From the NCBI GenBank assembly GCA_965217585.1, contig OZ244561.1, positions 2,304,001 through 2,368,000 on the forward strand: a stretch of 64,000 bases of DNA, given 5' to 3'. The translations under genes were made by a program, and so were the position numbers. Positions 18,608-27,916 of this stretch are shown one piece after another. The notes beneath the pieces were generated by a model, which was not told the DNA's origin, did no database searches, and saw only the letters and a program-made list of their open reading frames with translations. The number at the start of each line of letters is the position of its first letter. Position 1 is the first letter of the stretch. This stretch comes from Candidatus Latescibacterota bacterium. GTDB lineage: Bacteria; Latescibacterota; UBA2968; UBA8231.

Positions 18608-20260
18608 CTAGCTCGTCGGGCGGACGCGCGGACCATTCAGCAGTCTGCCCAGCCAGGTGTAGCGGACGAGAAATTGGTAGATCAGCAATAGAAGGCCGGT
18701 GACTGCGAGCAAAACTAGGAAGTACTTTACCCCTGAAGAAAGCGGCCAATCGCGCACCGCCAATTGAGCGCCAATGACCAGCGGCACATGCGTCACGTAC
18801 AGCCAGTACGACGAATCCGACAAGTAGCGAATGGTTTTGTTTTCGCAGACGCAGAGTTTGCGGAACAAGCCAATGAACCCAAAGGGCATCATCCAAGCGT
18901 AGATCGCCTGCAACGCTACTGCTGCGGTACGGGCCATAGCCGGGCCGAATATCTCTTGGCGAAATCCAAATGTACCCGTTGCAAATTCGAGCCCGAGTGG
19001 GAAGACGATGAACAATCCCGAGGGAAGGGCTAGCCACCACCATCTTCCGACTCGGTCGTCTGGATCGTCGCAGTCGAAATACAGGGCACCGAAAGCGAAA
19101 AAGAGGGCGTGGTAAAGTAATATGTGCGGCATGGGTAGAAGGCCCAAGGAGGTATCCGGTCCAAAACTGGGCACGACCAGTCCCATGAGCGACTGTGGGA
19201 TCATGGTCAGGGGGATCAAATAGAGAAATCGAACCGGTGAAAGAACCAGCCACTTGGGCGGTCCCTGCCATTGCAGCCAATCAGCGAGACGGGCGTAGAG
19301 TGCGAAGACGAGGACCAACCAGCAGAGGAACCACAAGAACCAAAGGTGGTGAAAAACCGGCACGGCAAAGATCGGCGATGCCATCGCTTTGAGAAACCCG
19401 ACCGATTTCTCCTCTGCCTTGTCGGTTTTTTCCCGACCGTCGCCAGCAGAGGATTGTTCGAACAGTCTGCCGATTTCAACGCGACCGTCCTTGACTTGTC
19501 GTTCATCGAGCTCAATCTGCAACAAGCCCGCCAAATACCGAGTCAATTCCCAATCTGCCTTCAAAGCTGCCCGAGGCGTCACCCCGTTGTTGTTTTTTGC
19601 CTCAATATCTGCTCCGTGCTGAAGCAGCAATTTGGCGACTTCCATCCGTCCCAGGAAAGCGGCCGCGTGCAAGGGCGTTCCGCCATCCTTGGTGCGGCCA
19701 TTAACAGCGGCCCCGTTTTGCAGCAGCCAATCGACGGTTTCAGCCCGACCGACCAGTGCGGCCCATACGGGGGGAGTTTGCCCAAACACCGGATCAATAC
19801 CATCGATATCGGCTCCGTTTTTCAAGTGCCGTTCAATGGCGGCGAGGTCCCCGTTTCTGGCTGCGCTCCAGATACTGTCTTCCTCGGCTTTGGCCACAGT
19901 GGCTTCAAATGCGGATGCAATGGTCCAGCCGCTGATCCAGTTTACCGCGGGGATGACTGTCACCAGCCCGAGTAAGAACGGCAGGAACACGCGGAACAAG
20001 CGATGGGAGAGCAAGGCTTTCAAGCCGCGCCCGCGCCAAAGCATGGCCGTGAAAAAACCGCTCAACACAAAGAACACCGGCATGCGGAAGCCGTGAATTG
20101 CGGTGAATAACAGTCCGAAGAAACCGCTTTGTTGTGTATCCTGAACCGGCCAGGGAAACGGGGTGAAGGATAACCCCGCGTGTAATACGATGCCGAGCAA
20201 CATCGCCGCGGCGCGCAGGGCGTCGAGGTCGTAGCGGCGAGGGTAAGAACCTTTATTCAA
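18608..20260 (-). CDS. Acyltransferase_3 (OpgC/MdoC-like) membrane acyltransferase with inserted ankyrin repeats
   Basis: RRYDLDALRA, HGFRMPVFF..SGFF, HHLWFLW, SYWLY..H; internal ankyrin repeats (GQTPPVWAA, GGTPLHAAAFLG...LLQHGAD). Confidence 0.88.
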   Translation of the reverse strand: MNKGSYPRRYDLDALRAAAMLLGIVLHAGLSFTPFPWPVQDTQQSGFFGLLFTAIHGFRMPVFFVLSGFFTAMLWRGRGLKALLSHRLFRVFLPFLLGLVTVIPAVNWISGWTIASAFEATVAKAEEDSIWSAARNGDLAAIERHLKNGADIDGIDPVFGQTPPVWAALVGRAETVDWLLQNGAAVNGRTKDGGTPLHAAAFLGRMEVAKLLLQHGADIEAKNNNGVTPRAALKADWELTRYLAGLLQIELDERQVKDGRVEIGRLFEQSSAGDGREKTDKAEEKSVGFLKAMASPIFAVPVFHHLWFLWFLCWLVLVFALYARLADWLQWQGPPKWLVLSPVRFLYLIPLTMIPQSLMGLVVPSFGPDTSLGLLPMPHILLYHALFFAFGALYFDCDDPDDRVGRWWWLALPSGLFIVFPLGLEFATGTFGFRQEIFGPAMARTAAVALQAIYAWMMPFGFIGLFRKLCVCENKTIRYLSDSSYWLYVTHVPLVIGAQLAVRDWPLSSGVKYFLVLLAVTGLLLLIYQFLVRYTWLGRLLNGPRVRPTS

Positions 20261-21519
20261 GGCTTGGTCTGCTCTACTCTTCTCAACGTCCCCCCATCCT
20301 GCACAGCTTCGTAAATTTGGGCGAACTCGCGGCTGCCGTCATCTTCGACGGGGAGGCATTCAGAGCCGCTTTCGCAGATGGGCATGGCGTCGCGGGGATA
20401 TTCGCTGTGGAGGTCTTGCTTGGAGCAGCCATAGTAGGTGACTTCGCCGTTGGCGCGGGCGTAGCGATAGACGTGGCGGGGCGGATCGACCCAACTGTAA
20501 TCCACTCGATATTGCTCTATGGCCTGTAGGTCAATCTCGACGCCGAGGCCGGGTTGTTCTGGAACTCGGTAATAGCCGCCGCGCAGTTGGATGGGGTCGG
20601 CCAATAGCTGGCTCTCCCAGATGTTCATGCAGGTAATGGCTGGCCACTTGCTCTGGGGGCAGACCGCGCCCAAGTGGGCGGCCCACGTGGTGGTGATGCC
20701 CGTGCCGACGAGCTGGAGCCAGAAGGGCTTGTTGGCCACGTCCGCGACCGCGGATTGCTGCGCGATGCCGTGGGCCCCAACGCCGACCACAAAACCGTCG
20801 GCGACGTCTTCTTGCAGGGTGGTGAGAATTGGCGGCGAGCCGTAGTGCATGGCCAGTGGACGGCGGATGTGGTTGCGGATTTGGGCGTTGCCGGCCACAT
20901 CGGTTTGGGGGATCGGCGACTCAATCATGGCCACCTGCGGGTATTGCTCCAAGGTCGCCAAAAACTCGACGGCGCTGGCGGCGTTGGCGAGCGTGCCGTT
21001 GAAGTCCAAGTCGAGCTTGAACTGCGGGGGAACGGCCGCGATGATGGCTTGGATGCAGGCGTGCAGGTCGCACCAAGTCCGCGCCTTGAGCTTGGCGGTG
21101 GTATAGCCTTGCGCGACGGCGTCAGCACACTGGCGCGCCCAGTCGGCGGATGGCATGTCCATCGCCCACCACGATAGCGGACACCACGTGCGGACCTTGG
21201 TGCCCAACAGACGATAAGCCGGAGCACCTAAGACCTTGCCAACCGCGTCGAAAAGCGCCTGCTGGACCCCAGCACCCAGCGCATCCTGCCACAGCAGATC
21301 GCCGACGGCATGGCCGACGATGCGGTCTTCAATGTCTTCAGGGACCTTGGCCCACGTGTAATTGGGGATGGTCTCGCCCCAGCCTATAGTGCCGTCGGCG
21401 AGGGTGATTTTGCAGAGTTGGACGATGCGCCAGTGCGGCAGCCAGTACTTCATGTGCTGATTGGTGTGGGAGGTAAACGGAACGTCCAAGTGGATGAGTT
21501 CGACGGATTGGACCTGCAT
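20257..21519 (-). CDS. Mandelate racemase/muconate lactonizing enzyme family protein
   Basis: ALFDAVGK, KLK, DFN, IESP, VPEQPGLGVE; RBS aggag before the ATG at 21519. Confidence 0.8.
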   Translation of the reverse strand: MQVQSVELIHLDVPFTSHTNQHMKYWLPHWRIVQLCKITLADGTIGWGETIPNYTWAKVPEDIEDRIVGHAVGDLLWQDALGAGVQQALFDAVGKVLGAPAYRLLGTKVRTWCPLSWWAMDMPSADWARQCADAVAQGYTTAKLKARTWCDLHACIQAIIAAVPPQFKLDLDFNGTLANAASAVEFLATLEQYPQVAMIESPIPQTDVAGNAQIRNHIRRPLAMHYGSPPILTTLQEDVADGFVVGVGAHGIAQQSAVADVANKPFWLQLVGTGITTTWAAHLGAVCPQSKWPAITCMNIWESQLLADPIQLRGGYYRVPEQPGLGVEIDLQAIEQYRVDYSWVDPPRHVYRYARANGEVTYYGCSKQDLHSEYPRDAMPICESGSECLPVEDDGSREFAQIYEAVQDGGTLRRVEQTKP

Positions 21520-21606
21520 TGGAGACTCCTTTTGGAAGGGGTGGGGTGGGCTAGATACGGCGGGCCGAGCCAAGTGTCAAGGCGGGGAATGCGTTATATT
21601 CCCGGC

Positions 21607-23778
21607 ATGGAAATTCGCCAATTTGCCGAGCAGGTGCTTTTCGGAACGCGCTGGGAAGACAAGCTGGTCGTCCTTGATCGCCACGAAGACCACGCGCCCG
21701 GTGCGGGGATTAAGACCCCCAGTGCGCCGGGTCGCCCCCCCGGCTTGGGGCTGGACGAGTGGCATCATCGTGAAAAGCTCCGCTTCCGCGATGTGCGCCA
21801 CTTCCACAGCGAAAAAGAGCGCGGTCTGGTCTTGCACTTTTTTGCCAACCACGAGCTGCTCGCCTTGGAGCTGATGGCACTGGCCCTGCTCAAATTTCCG
21901 CAGGCACCGGAGAAGTTTCGCCGCGGCTTGGTGCAGACGCTCAAAGACGAGCAGGAGCACGTGCGGCTCTACCAGCAGCGGATGCAGGAGATTGGGGTGG
22001 AGTTTGGCCAGATTCCGGTCGGCGACTTTTTCTGGAAGGCCATCGGGCCGATGGAGACCCCGATGGACTTTGTAACGGGCTTGAGCCTGACCCTTGAACA
22101 AGCCAATCTCGACTACGCGCGGCACTACGCCCAGGTCTATCGGCAGTTGGATGACCCGGAGACTGCGGCAATTCTGGAGCGGATCTACCGCGACGAAATC
22201 GGCCACGTCAAACACGGACTGACGTGGTTTAGGCGCTGGCAGGAGGCCGGACTGAGCGAATGGGAAGCCTATCGTCAGACGCTGCGCTTCCCACTGGGGC
22301 CGGCGCGAGCCAAGGGCATTGGCTTCAATCGCGCGGGTCGGCTCCAGGCCGGGCTTTCTGCGGACTATATCGACGAACTGGAGCTTTTTTCGCAGTCGCG
22401 GGGACGCTGCCCGGCCGTGTATTGGTTCAACGCCAATTGCGAGGAGCAGGTGGCCTTGGGGCGGCCGGGTTTTACGCCGACGCGGCGGGTGGCCGAGCTG
22501 GAGGCCGATTTTCAAGCGCTGCCCATGCTGCTATGTGCTCGTGACGATGTGGTGCTTCTACACGAGAAGCCTTCGTCGGCCTTTTTGCGGCGGATGCAGG
22601 AGTTGAGCTTTGCGATTCCGGAGTTCGTCGAGTGCAGCGCAGATGGCCTAGCGGCGCTTGCCGAGCGCAAGGTCAACGCGCTCAGGCCTTGGGGCTGGAG
22701 TCCAGATAGCGCCGAGTTGTTAGCGCCGTTGGTCGCGGGCTTGCCTCGCGGGGGAGAAGGGCCTTGCTGGAGCGCGACGGTCCGGCAGTTCTACGCCAAG
22801 TCTTGGAGCGCGGCGCGGCTGGGCGAGTTTCTCGCGGTGGAGCAGGCCGACTATTTCTGCGGGACGGATGTGGTCGGCACGGCTTGCGCGACGACAGAAC
22901 AAGCCCTGGCAGAGATGGGACGTTTGGCGGAGGCGGGTTTTGACGCGGTGGTCGTCAAGGCCATCTACGGCTCTTCGGGCCGTGGCCAAATCCACTGCCG
23001 TGGAGGACAACTGCGCACAGAGCAGCGCGGTCGGTTGGAGAACATGTTGCGGCAGCAAGGCCAAGTTGTAGTAGAGCCGTGGCTCGACAAGGTGGTGGAT
23101 TTGTCGCTGCACTTCGATGTGGGAGTGGAGGGTGAGGCGGTGGTGGTCGGCTGGACGCGATTTCTCACTGATGGACGCGGACAGTATCGCGGCTCGTTCG
23201 TTGGCTCGCTTACCGCTGGCCTCGACGAGGAAGTGAAGCGGTTTCTCTATGGCGATGGGCGCGATGCACGCCGCTTGGCGCGGTTGGGCGAGCAGCTTGC
23301 CGAATGGCTCGCCGAGCCGTTGCGCGCTGCTGGTTATCAGGGGCCGGTTGGCGTGGATGCTATGGTGTACCGCGACCATGATCGTCTGCGACTAAAGCCG
23401 ATTGTGGAGGTCAATCCGCGCACGACGATGGGGCGAGTGGCGCTCAAGTTGCAACAGGCGGTTAATTCGGCGCGCACGGCCTTGTGGCTGGTACTCAGCC
23501 GCCGCGAGGTAACGGCGGCCGGGTTTGCTAGCTTGGCCGAATGTGCCGCTGCGCTGGAGGCCGCGCATCCGGCCCGGATGATGCCCGATGGCAAGCAGTT
23601 GAGCGGCGGGGTGCTCTTTACGACCGATCCGGCTCAGGCCCGTTCTTTTGCTACGGTGTTGCTCGTCGGTGAATCGCTGGCCGAGTGTGAGGGCTACCTG
23701 CGAGGAGCGGGATTGGAGTTGACTCAGTTAGGAGAAATCAAGTTGAGAAAGTGCGTTTTTTCTTACGATTCCTCGTAG
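21607..23778 (+). CDS. DUF455 ferritin-like di-iron domain fused to an ATP-grasp-like domain
   Basis: HFFANHELLA, DEQEH, EQANLD, DEIGH metal ligands; C-terminal PWGW, VVKAIYGSSGRG, VVEPW, GVDAMVY, VEVNPRTTMG. Confidence 0.8.
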   Translation: MEIRQFAEQVLFGTRWEDKLVVLDRHEDHAPGAGIKTPSAPGRPPGLGLDEWHHREKLRFRDVRHFHSEKERGLVLHFFANHELLALELMALALLKFPQAPEKFRRGLVQTLKDEQEHVRLYQQRMQEIGVEFGQIPVGDFFWKAIGPMETPMDFVTGLSLTLEQANLDYARHYAQVYRQLDDPETAAILERIYRDEIGHVKHGLTWFRRWQEAGLSEWEAYRQTLRFPLGPARAKGIGFNRAGRLQAGLSADYIDELELFSQSRGRCPAVYWFNANCEEQVALGRPGFTPTRRVAELEADFQALPMLLCARDDVVLLHEKPSSAFLRRMQELSFAIPEFVECSADGLAALAERKVNALRPWGWSPDSAELLAPLVAGLPRGGEGPCWSATVRQFYAKSWSAARLGEFLAVEQADYFCGTDVVGTACATTEQALAEMGRLAEAGFDAVVVKAIYGSSGRGQIHCRGGQLRTEQRGRLENMLRQQGQVVVEPWLDKVVDLSLHFDVGVEGEAVVVGWTRFLTDGRGQYRGSFVGSLTAGLDEEVKRFLYGDGRDARRLARLGEQLAEWLAEPLRAAGYQGPVGVDAMVYRDHDRLRLKPIVEVNPRTTMGRVALKLQQAVNSARTALWLVLSRREVTAAGFASLAECAAALEAAHPARMMPDGKQLSGGVLFTTDPAQARSFATVLLVGESLAECEGYLRGAGLELTQLGEIKLRKCVFSYDSS

Positions 23779-23814
23779 TTAAATGGATCGTCCCAATCTT
23801 GGGCTTGGGATGTC

Positions 23815-24269
23815 TCATTGAGTGGTTTTGATCGCCCACAGCAGCGTCCATGCGAGCAGGCCGATGAGCAAATGCAAGCGGGGCGGGTGGGTCAGGTGGG
23901 TATCCTGCAAATTAAACCCTTTGGACTTCAAAAAGCCAAACGTCGTCTCAATAGCCCAGCGTTTTCCATACAGAGCCAGCACCTGCTTGAGGTCGGTTCG
24001 GTTGGTGATCAGCAGGAGGTGCTCTCCCTTGGCCGGACGATGACAGACTAGATGAAGGGTCAACCCGTTATAGAGGGTGGTGCCGGCGTTCCTCGGTATT
24101 GGAGTTGCCCGACTTTTGTAACGACTGATATTCCAATGGAATAGACACGCCTTGGTAGACCAGTCCTCAACACAATTAGGTTCTGATCGGTGCGCCCGAA
24201 CTTCCAATGGGTCCGATCCAAGACCAACACCTGAGGCTGGCCGGGTGCAACCAGCTGAGAGCGGATCAA
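23815..24269 (-). mobile_element. Degraded IS4-family (IS10/ISAba1-like) transposase remnant
   Basis: LVLDRTHWKFG in one frame and LLITN...YGKRWAIETTFGFLKSKGFNLQDTHLT in another; far shorter than a full transposase. Confidence 0.8.
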
Positions 24270-24285
24270 CGGTTAGATTTCGCGG

Positions 24286-24747
24286 CTACCGCACTAGCCG
24301 CTCGTCAAGCAGGTACGGTTCAACCGCCGCGATTTCCACCTCTTTCATATCCGAATGCGCTGGATTGATCAGCACATTGTAGTCGCCTTCGACTACTGCT
24401 GAGGGCACGCGCAGCAGCAAGGACCGCCTTTCCTCCACCCAACGGGTGCCGATCTCCTCTAGCTCGACAGGGGCCGGATGTCGCCGCCAGTTGTTTGGCA
24501 ACATCTCCTCGGTAATAGTCTCTGCTGACGCATCATCGGGCACCGCAATAATCGCGATGCTCAGATTTTTCGGTACCCCCACCAAAGGCACATGCACTAG
24601 GTATTCCACCGTGGCCAATGCCCGACTAGGCGAGGTGTAAAGCAAGCCCACCCCGACGCGATTCCACCGACCACCGTTGGCACGGGCACCGACCCCCGAT
24701 AGATCGTTTATGTAGTGGGTCTTGGCGATGCGGAAAAGCCGCATCAA
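24286..24747 (-). CDS. RES-domain toxin
   Basis: GARANGGRWN, LYTS..RALA..E, LRVPSAVV...NVLINP.H. Confidence 0.92.
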   Translation of the reverse strand: MMRLFRIAKTHYINDLSGVGARANGGRWNRVGVGLLYTSPSRALATVEYLVHVPLVGVPKNLSIAIIAVPDDASAETITEEMLPNNWRRHPAPVELEEIGTRWVEERRSLLLRVPSAVVEGDYNVLINPAHSDMKEVEIAAVEPYLLDERLVR

Positions 24748-25181
24748 GCGAATACTCCGTGCTCTATCCGGCCCAGCTCATCCAAAACGATATCTGCGCC
24801 GAAACGCGAGTTGAGCAATTCGAGCGGCACTTTGTCGCCTATTGCCACGCAGGGTTGTTTGAGCCAATACAGGAAATGATCGCGGTCCTCAAAGACAGCT
24901 ACCCCTCTGGCAGCGACGCTGGCGATCTGGAGAACCTGCTCGGAGACGGCCCGACTGAATGGTTTGGCGTCGCCGTGTCGCTGCACCGTACGTTCGCTAA
25001 TGGGTAGTAGGCGAATGAGCTGTCCCGGCGATATAGCGAGGTATTCCGCTAGTTTTATCAACTCTGACCGCGCAATGCCTCGATTGCTCATTTCAATTAG
25101 GTCGAAGCCATTGTGCAGCCTATGGCGCACCCCGAGAATCTGCGCCGTTTCCCCTAAGGGTGCCGTCGTGGCAGTGGTCAT
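24744..25181 (-). CDS. Xre/ParS-type antitoxin
   Basis: HTH ISERTVQR; WLKQP..AIGDKVPLELL...G...V..ELGRIEHG; 4-nt overlap with the RES gene. Confidence 0.92.
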   Translation of the reverse strand: MTTATTAPLGETAQILGVRHRLHNGFDLIEMSNRGIARSELIKLAEYLAISPGQLIRLLPISERTVQRHGDAKPFSRAVSEQVLQIASVAARGVAVFEDRDHFLYWLKQPCVAIGDKVPLELLNSRFGADIVLDELGRIEHGVFA

Positions 25182-25312
25182 GGCATGGCTCGCTTTCTTT
25201 GTATGGCGACGTATGTCCTATAAAATACGACAAAATGCACCTACATTGTCAAACTTGCCATCGGCGCGAGTGTGTATCTACTTATAGAAGCCCTTTGCGA
25301 GAGGACGAGACC

Positions 25313-27103
25313 GTGCAAACGCTAAAAGGCCAAGCGCCCACTGCACCGCCGTTATGGGCGGTCTTGGAGCGGCGACTGATCGACGCGATCGACGAGGCGG
25401 CACCGATTTTTCTCGAGAAGTACACCCGCCCCGGCGGCAGCCTGATATGGATGGAAGGAGACCCCGGAGACGGGGTCTGGGCCGACGACCTGTACGAGTC
25501 ATTCTTCAACTGGCCTCACTACTATGCTCTAGGCGGCAGCGAGTATACGGGCGTCAAAGCCCTAGAGCAGTGGAACGCCATTACTCGACAGCTAGAGCAC
25601 GACTACGGCCGCGTCACCCGAGAGTTTATCAACGACGACGACTGGTTCCACAACGCCGAAAACTACATCTACTTCTATCACTTGGGGATGGCCGATCCGG
25701 CCAACGCCGAGACGCGCCGCCGGGCGCAGCGCTTTGCCGGATTGTACTTGAACGACGACCCGGCCGTGCCCAACTACGACCCCGAACACCGCATCGTGCG
25801 CTCGCCCTGTAGCGGCAGCAAGGGGCCGCTCTTCCAGATGCGGCGCGGCGAAATCCACTACGACCTCACCCACGACCACGCCACGTTGGGGCCGGGCTTT
25901 GATTTGCCCGCTAACTGGTGGGAGGACCCCGAGACCAAACGCCGCGTTGAGGAGCAATTTGACCAAGTGGTCATGCAGAGCGACGTGACCGTCAACTTAG
26001 GCGTCACAGCACTGGTGGCAACGGCATTTCTCCACACCGGCGAGGCGCGGTATCGGGAATGGATTGAGGAATACGTGGGGGCTTGGCTAGAGCGCACCGA
26101 AACCAACGGCGGCATCGTCCCGGACAACATCGGTCCCAACGGCATCGTCGGCGAGATGCGCCAGGGGCAGTGGTGGGGCGGGCTGTATGGCTGGACTGGG
26201 CGCTATGGACATGGCATGATGGCCCACGCGATCACTGCGGCGGTGGAGGCCGCGCTGTTGGTCACGGGCGAAACCAAGTATTTGGACCTGCTCCGCATGC
26301 ACATGGACACGCTAGTCGAGCACGGCCGCGAGCAAGGGGGGCGGCTGCTCGTGCCCTACAAGCACACGGACGAGGGTTGGACCGACTTCAATCCCATCAA
26401 TCCCAATGCGCCGATCCACTTGTGGGCCGCGTCCATGGAAGAGCGGGACTGGCAGCGGCTGGAGACCTTGCGCCGAGGTGCCGCAGACGAGTGGGAGCAG
26501 GTGGGACAGCGCGGGCCGCGCTCGCTCGACGACCGCGCCTGGACCCGCTTTCTCGCTGGCGAATCCCCGGATTACCCCGAGCGCATCTTGCAGGCCAACT
26601 ACCGAGAGGTCTGCGACCGCATCGCCAAGGTCATAGACGACGAACAGGATCTGACCCAACTCGACGTACACTGGTGGCAGCAGGTCAACCCGGTGGTCAC
26701 CGAAGCCTTGGTACAGCTAACGACCGGCGCGCCGCAGACCATCTACTGGGGTGGGTTGGCGCAAGGGCGGGTGCGCTATTTCGACAGCGAGCAGCAGCGA
26801 CCGGGTTTGCCCCCGGACGTAGCAGCCTTGGTGACCGGCCTCAGCAGCGAGGGTGCAGAGCTGACGTTGGTCAACTTGAGCACGAGTCGCACCCGGCAGG
26901 TGATCGTCGGCGCTGGCAGCTTTGGCGAGCACTGCTTTGGCCGGGTGCGAGCCGGCGACGAGGTCCTCGACGTGGATAGCACCTATTTCCAAGTCGAACT
27001 GGCACCGGCCAGCCAAGTCGAATTGTCGCTCGCCATGCGGCGTTACAGCCAGCAACCCAGCTTTCGCCTGCCTTGGCACGGCGAGCGGGTTCCATATCGC
27101 TAA
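25313..27103 (+). CDS. Uncharacterised protein, probable (alpha/alpha)-barrel enzyme
   Basis: Long open frame with coding-like composition; RBS gagg before the GTG; DDLYE, DWFH..E and PDNIGPNG motifs. Fold is inferred. Confidence 0.7.
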   Translation: MQTLKGQAPTAPPLWAVLERRLIDAIDEAAPIFLEKYTRPGGSLIWMEGDPGDGVWADDLYESFFNWPHYYALGGSEYTGVKALEQWNAITRQLEHDYGRVTREFINDDDWFHNAENYIYFYHLGMADPANAETRRRAQRFAGLYLNDDPAVPNYDPEHRIVRSPCSGSKGPLFQMRRGEIHYDLTHDHATLGPGFDLPANWWEDPETKRRVEEQFDQVVMQSDVTVNLGVTALVATAFLHTGEARYREWIEEYVGAWLERTETNGGIVPDNIGPNGIVGEMRQGQWWGGLYGWTGRYGHGMMAHAITAAVEAALLVTGETKYLDLLRMHMDTLVEHGREQGGRLLVPYKHTDEGWTDFNPINPNAPIHLWAASMEERDWQRLETLRRGAADEWEQVGQRGPRSLDDRAWTRFLAGESPDYPERILQANYREVCDRIAKVIDDEQDLTQLDVHWWQQVNPVVTEALVQLTTGAPQTIYWGGLAQGRVRYFDSEQQRPGLPPDVAALVTGLSSEGAELTLVNLSTSRTRQVIVGAGSFGEHCFGRVRAGDEVLDVDSTYFQVELAPASQVELSLAMRRYSQQPSFRLPWHGERVPYR

Positions 27104-27123
27104 CAAAATTAGGAGATAAGGCG

Positions 27124-27870
27124 ATGGACCAAGCCGACCGCGATTTCTTTGCCGCCAACGGCTATCTCAACCTAGGACAGGTGCTCGACGACGACGAGGT
27201 GCAATACTTCCGCGACATGTTCGATGGGGATATGGAAAAGTACCCCTATTTCTGGCACCGCTACGGTCACCACCAGCACGCCAACTACGAGGCGTTGATC
27301 ACCTCGCCGCAGTTCGACGAACTCATCCGTCACCCGAAGATATACCCGACGATCGAGGCGCTGATGGGCGGGCCGCTCTGCTTTGGCGAGATCGGGCTGC
27401 GGATGATGCGGGCCTACGATGGCCCGTTGCACCAAGGTTGGCACCGCGACAGGCAGCATTGGGACGAGCATCCGCTCCGCATGGACTACATCCAACTCAT
27501 GGTCTATCTGGCCGATGTGGACGAGGGAACGCATTGTTTTTCGCTGTCACCGGAGCCGGTAAGCCAGTCGGTACTCGAAGATAAGGAGGCACAGCTCAAG
27601 CGGGGCGGCGAGTATCACTTGCATGGGCCGGCCGGGACCTGTGCACTGTTTAACGTAGCGGTGCTGCACACGGCGACGACGCGGCCCACGCAGGCAGAGC
27701 GACGGACCGTGCAGATTTACTACGGGCATCGCAGCCGGGCACCGCTGGCGAACGATTCGAGTATTCCGGCGGCGTTTTGGCGGGATAGCGAAGATGCGGA
27801 GACGCGGGCTTTTTACGGAGTTTTGAACGAGCGCACCAGGGTATATTTGGCGGCGTTCCCCGGAGCGTGA
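27124..27870 (+). CDS. Phytanoyl-CoA dioxygenase (PhyH) family Fe/2OG enzyme
   Basis: FF..NGYL, WHRD, distal LHT, R. Confidence 0.85.
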   Translation: MDQADRDFFAANGYLNLGQVLDDDEVQYFRDMFDGDMEKYPYFWHRYGHHQHANYEALITSPQFDELIRHPKIYPTIEALMGGPLCFGEIGLRMMRAYDGPLHQGWHRDRQHWDEHPLRMDYIQLMVYLADVDEGTHCFSLSPEPVSQSVLEDKEAQLKRGGEYHLHGPAGTCALFNVAVLHTATTRPTQAERRTVQIYYGHRSRAPLANDSSIPAAFWRDSEDAETRAFYGVLNERTRVYLAAFPGA

Positions 27871-27916
27871 CCCATTCCCTTCCTTTAGGGCGGAGAGCTG
27901 GCGAGATCAGGTTATT

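Noticed and set aside
21310-21606. 99-aa N-terminal extension of the DUF455 fusion
   Set aside because: Overlaps the divergent enolase-family gene; the domain begins at Met 21607.
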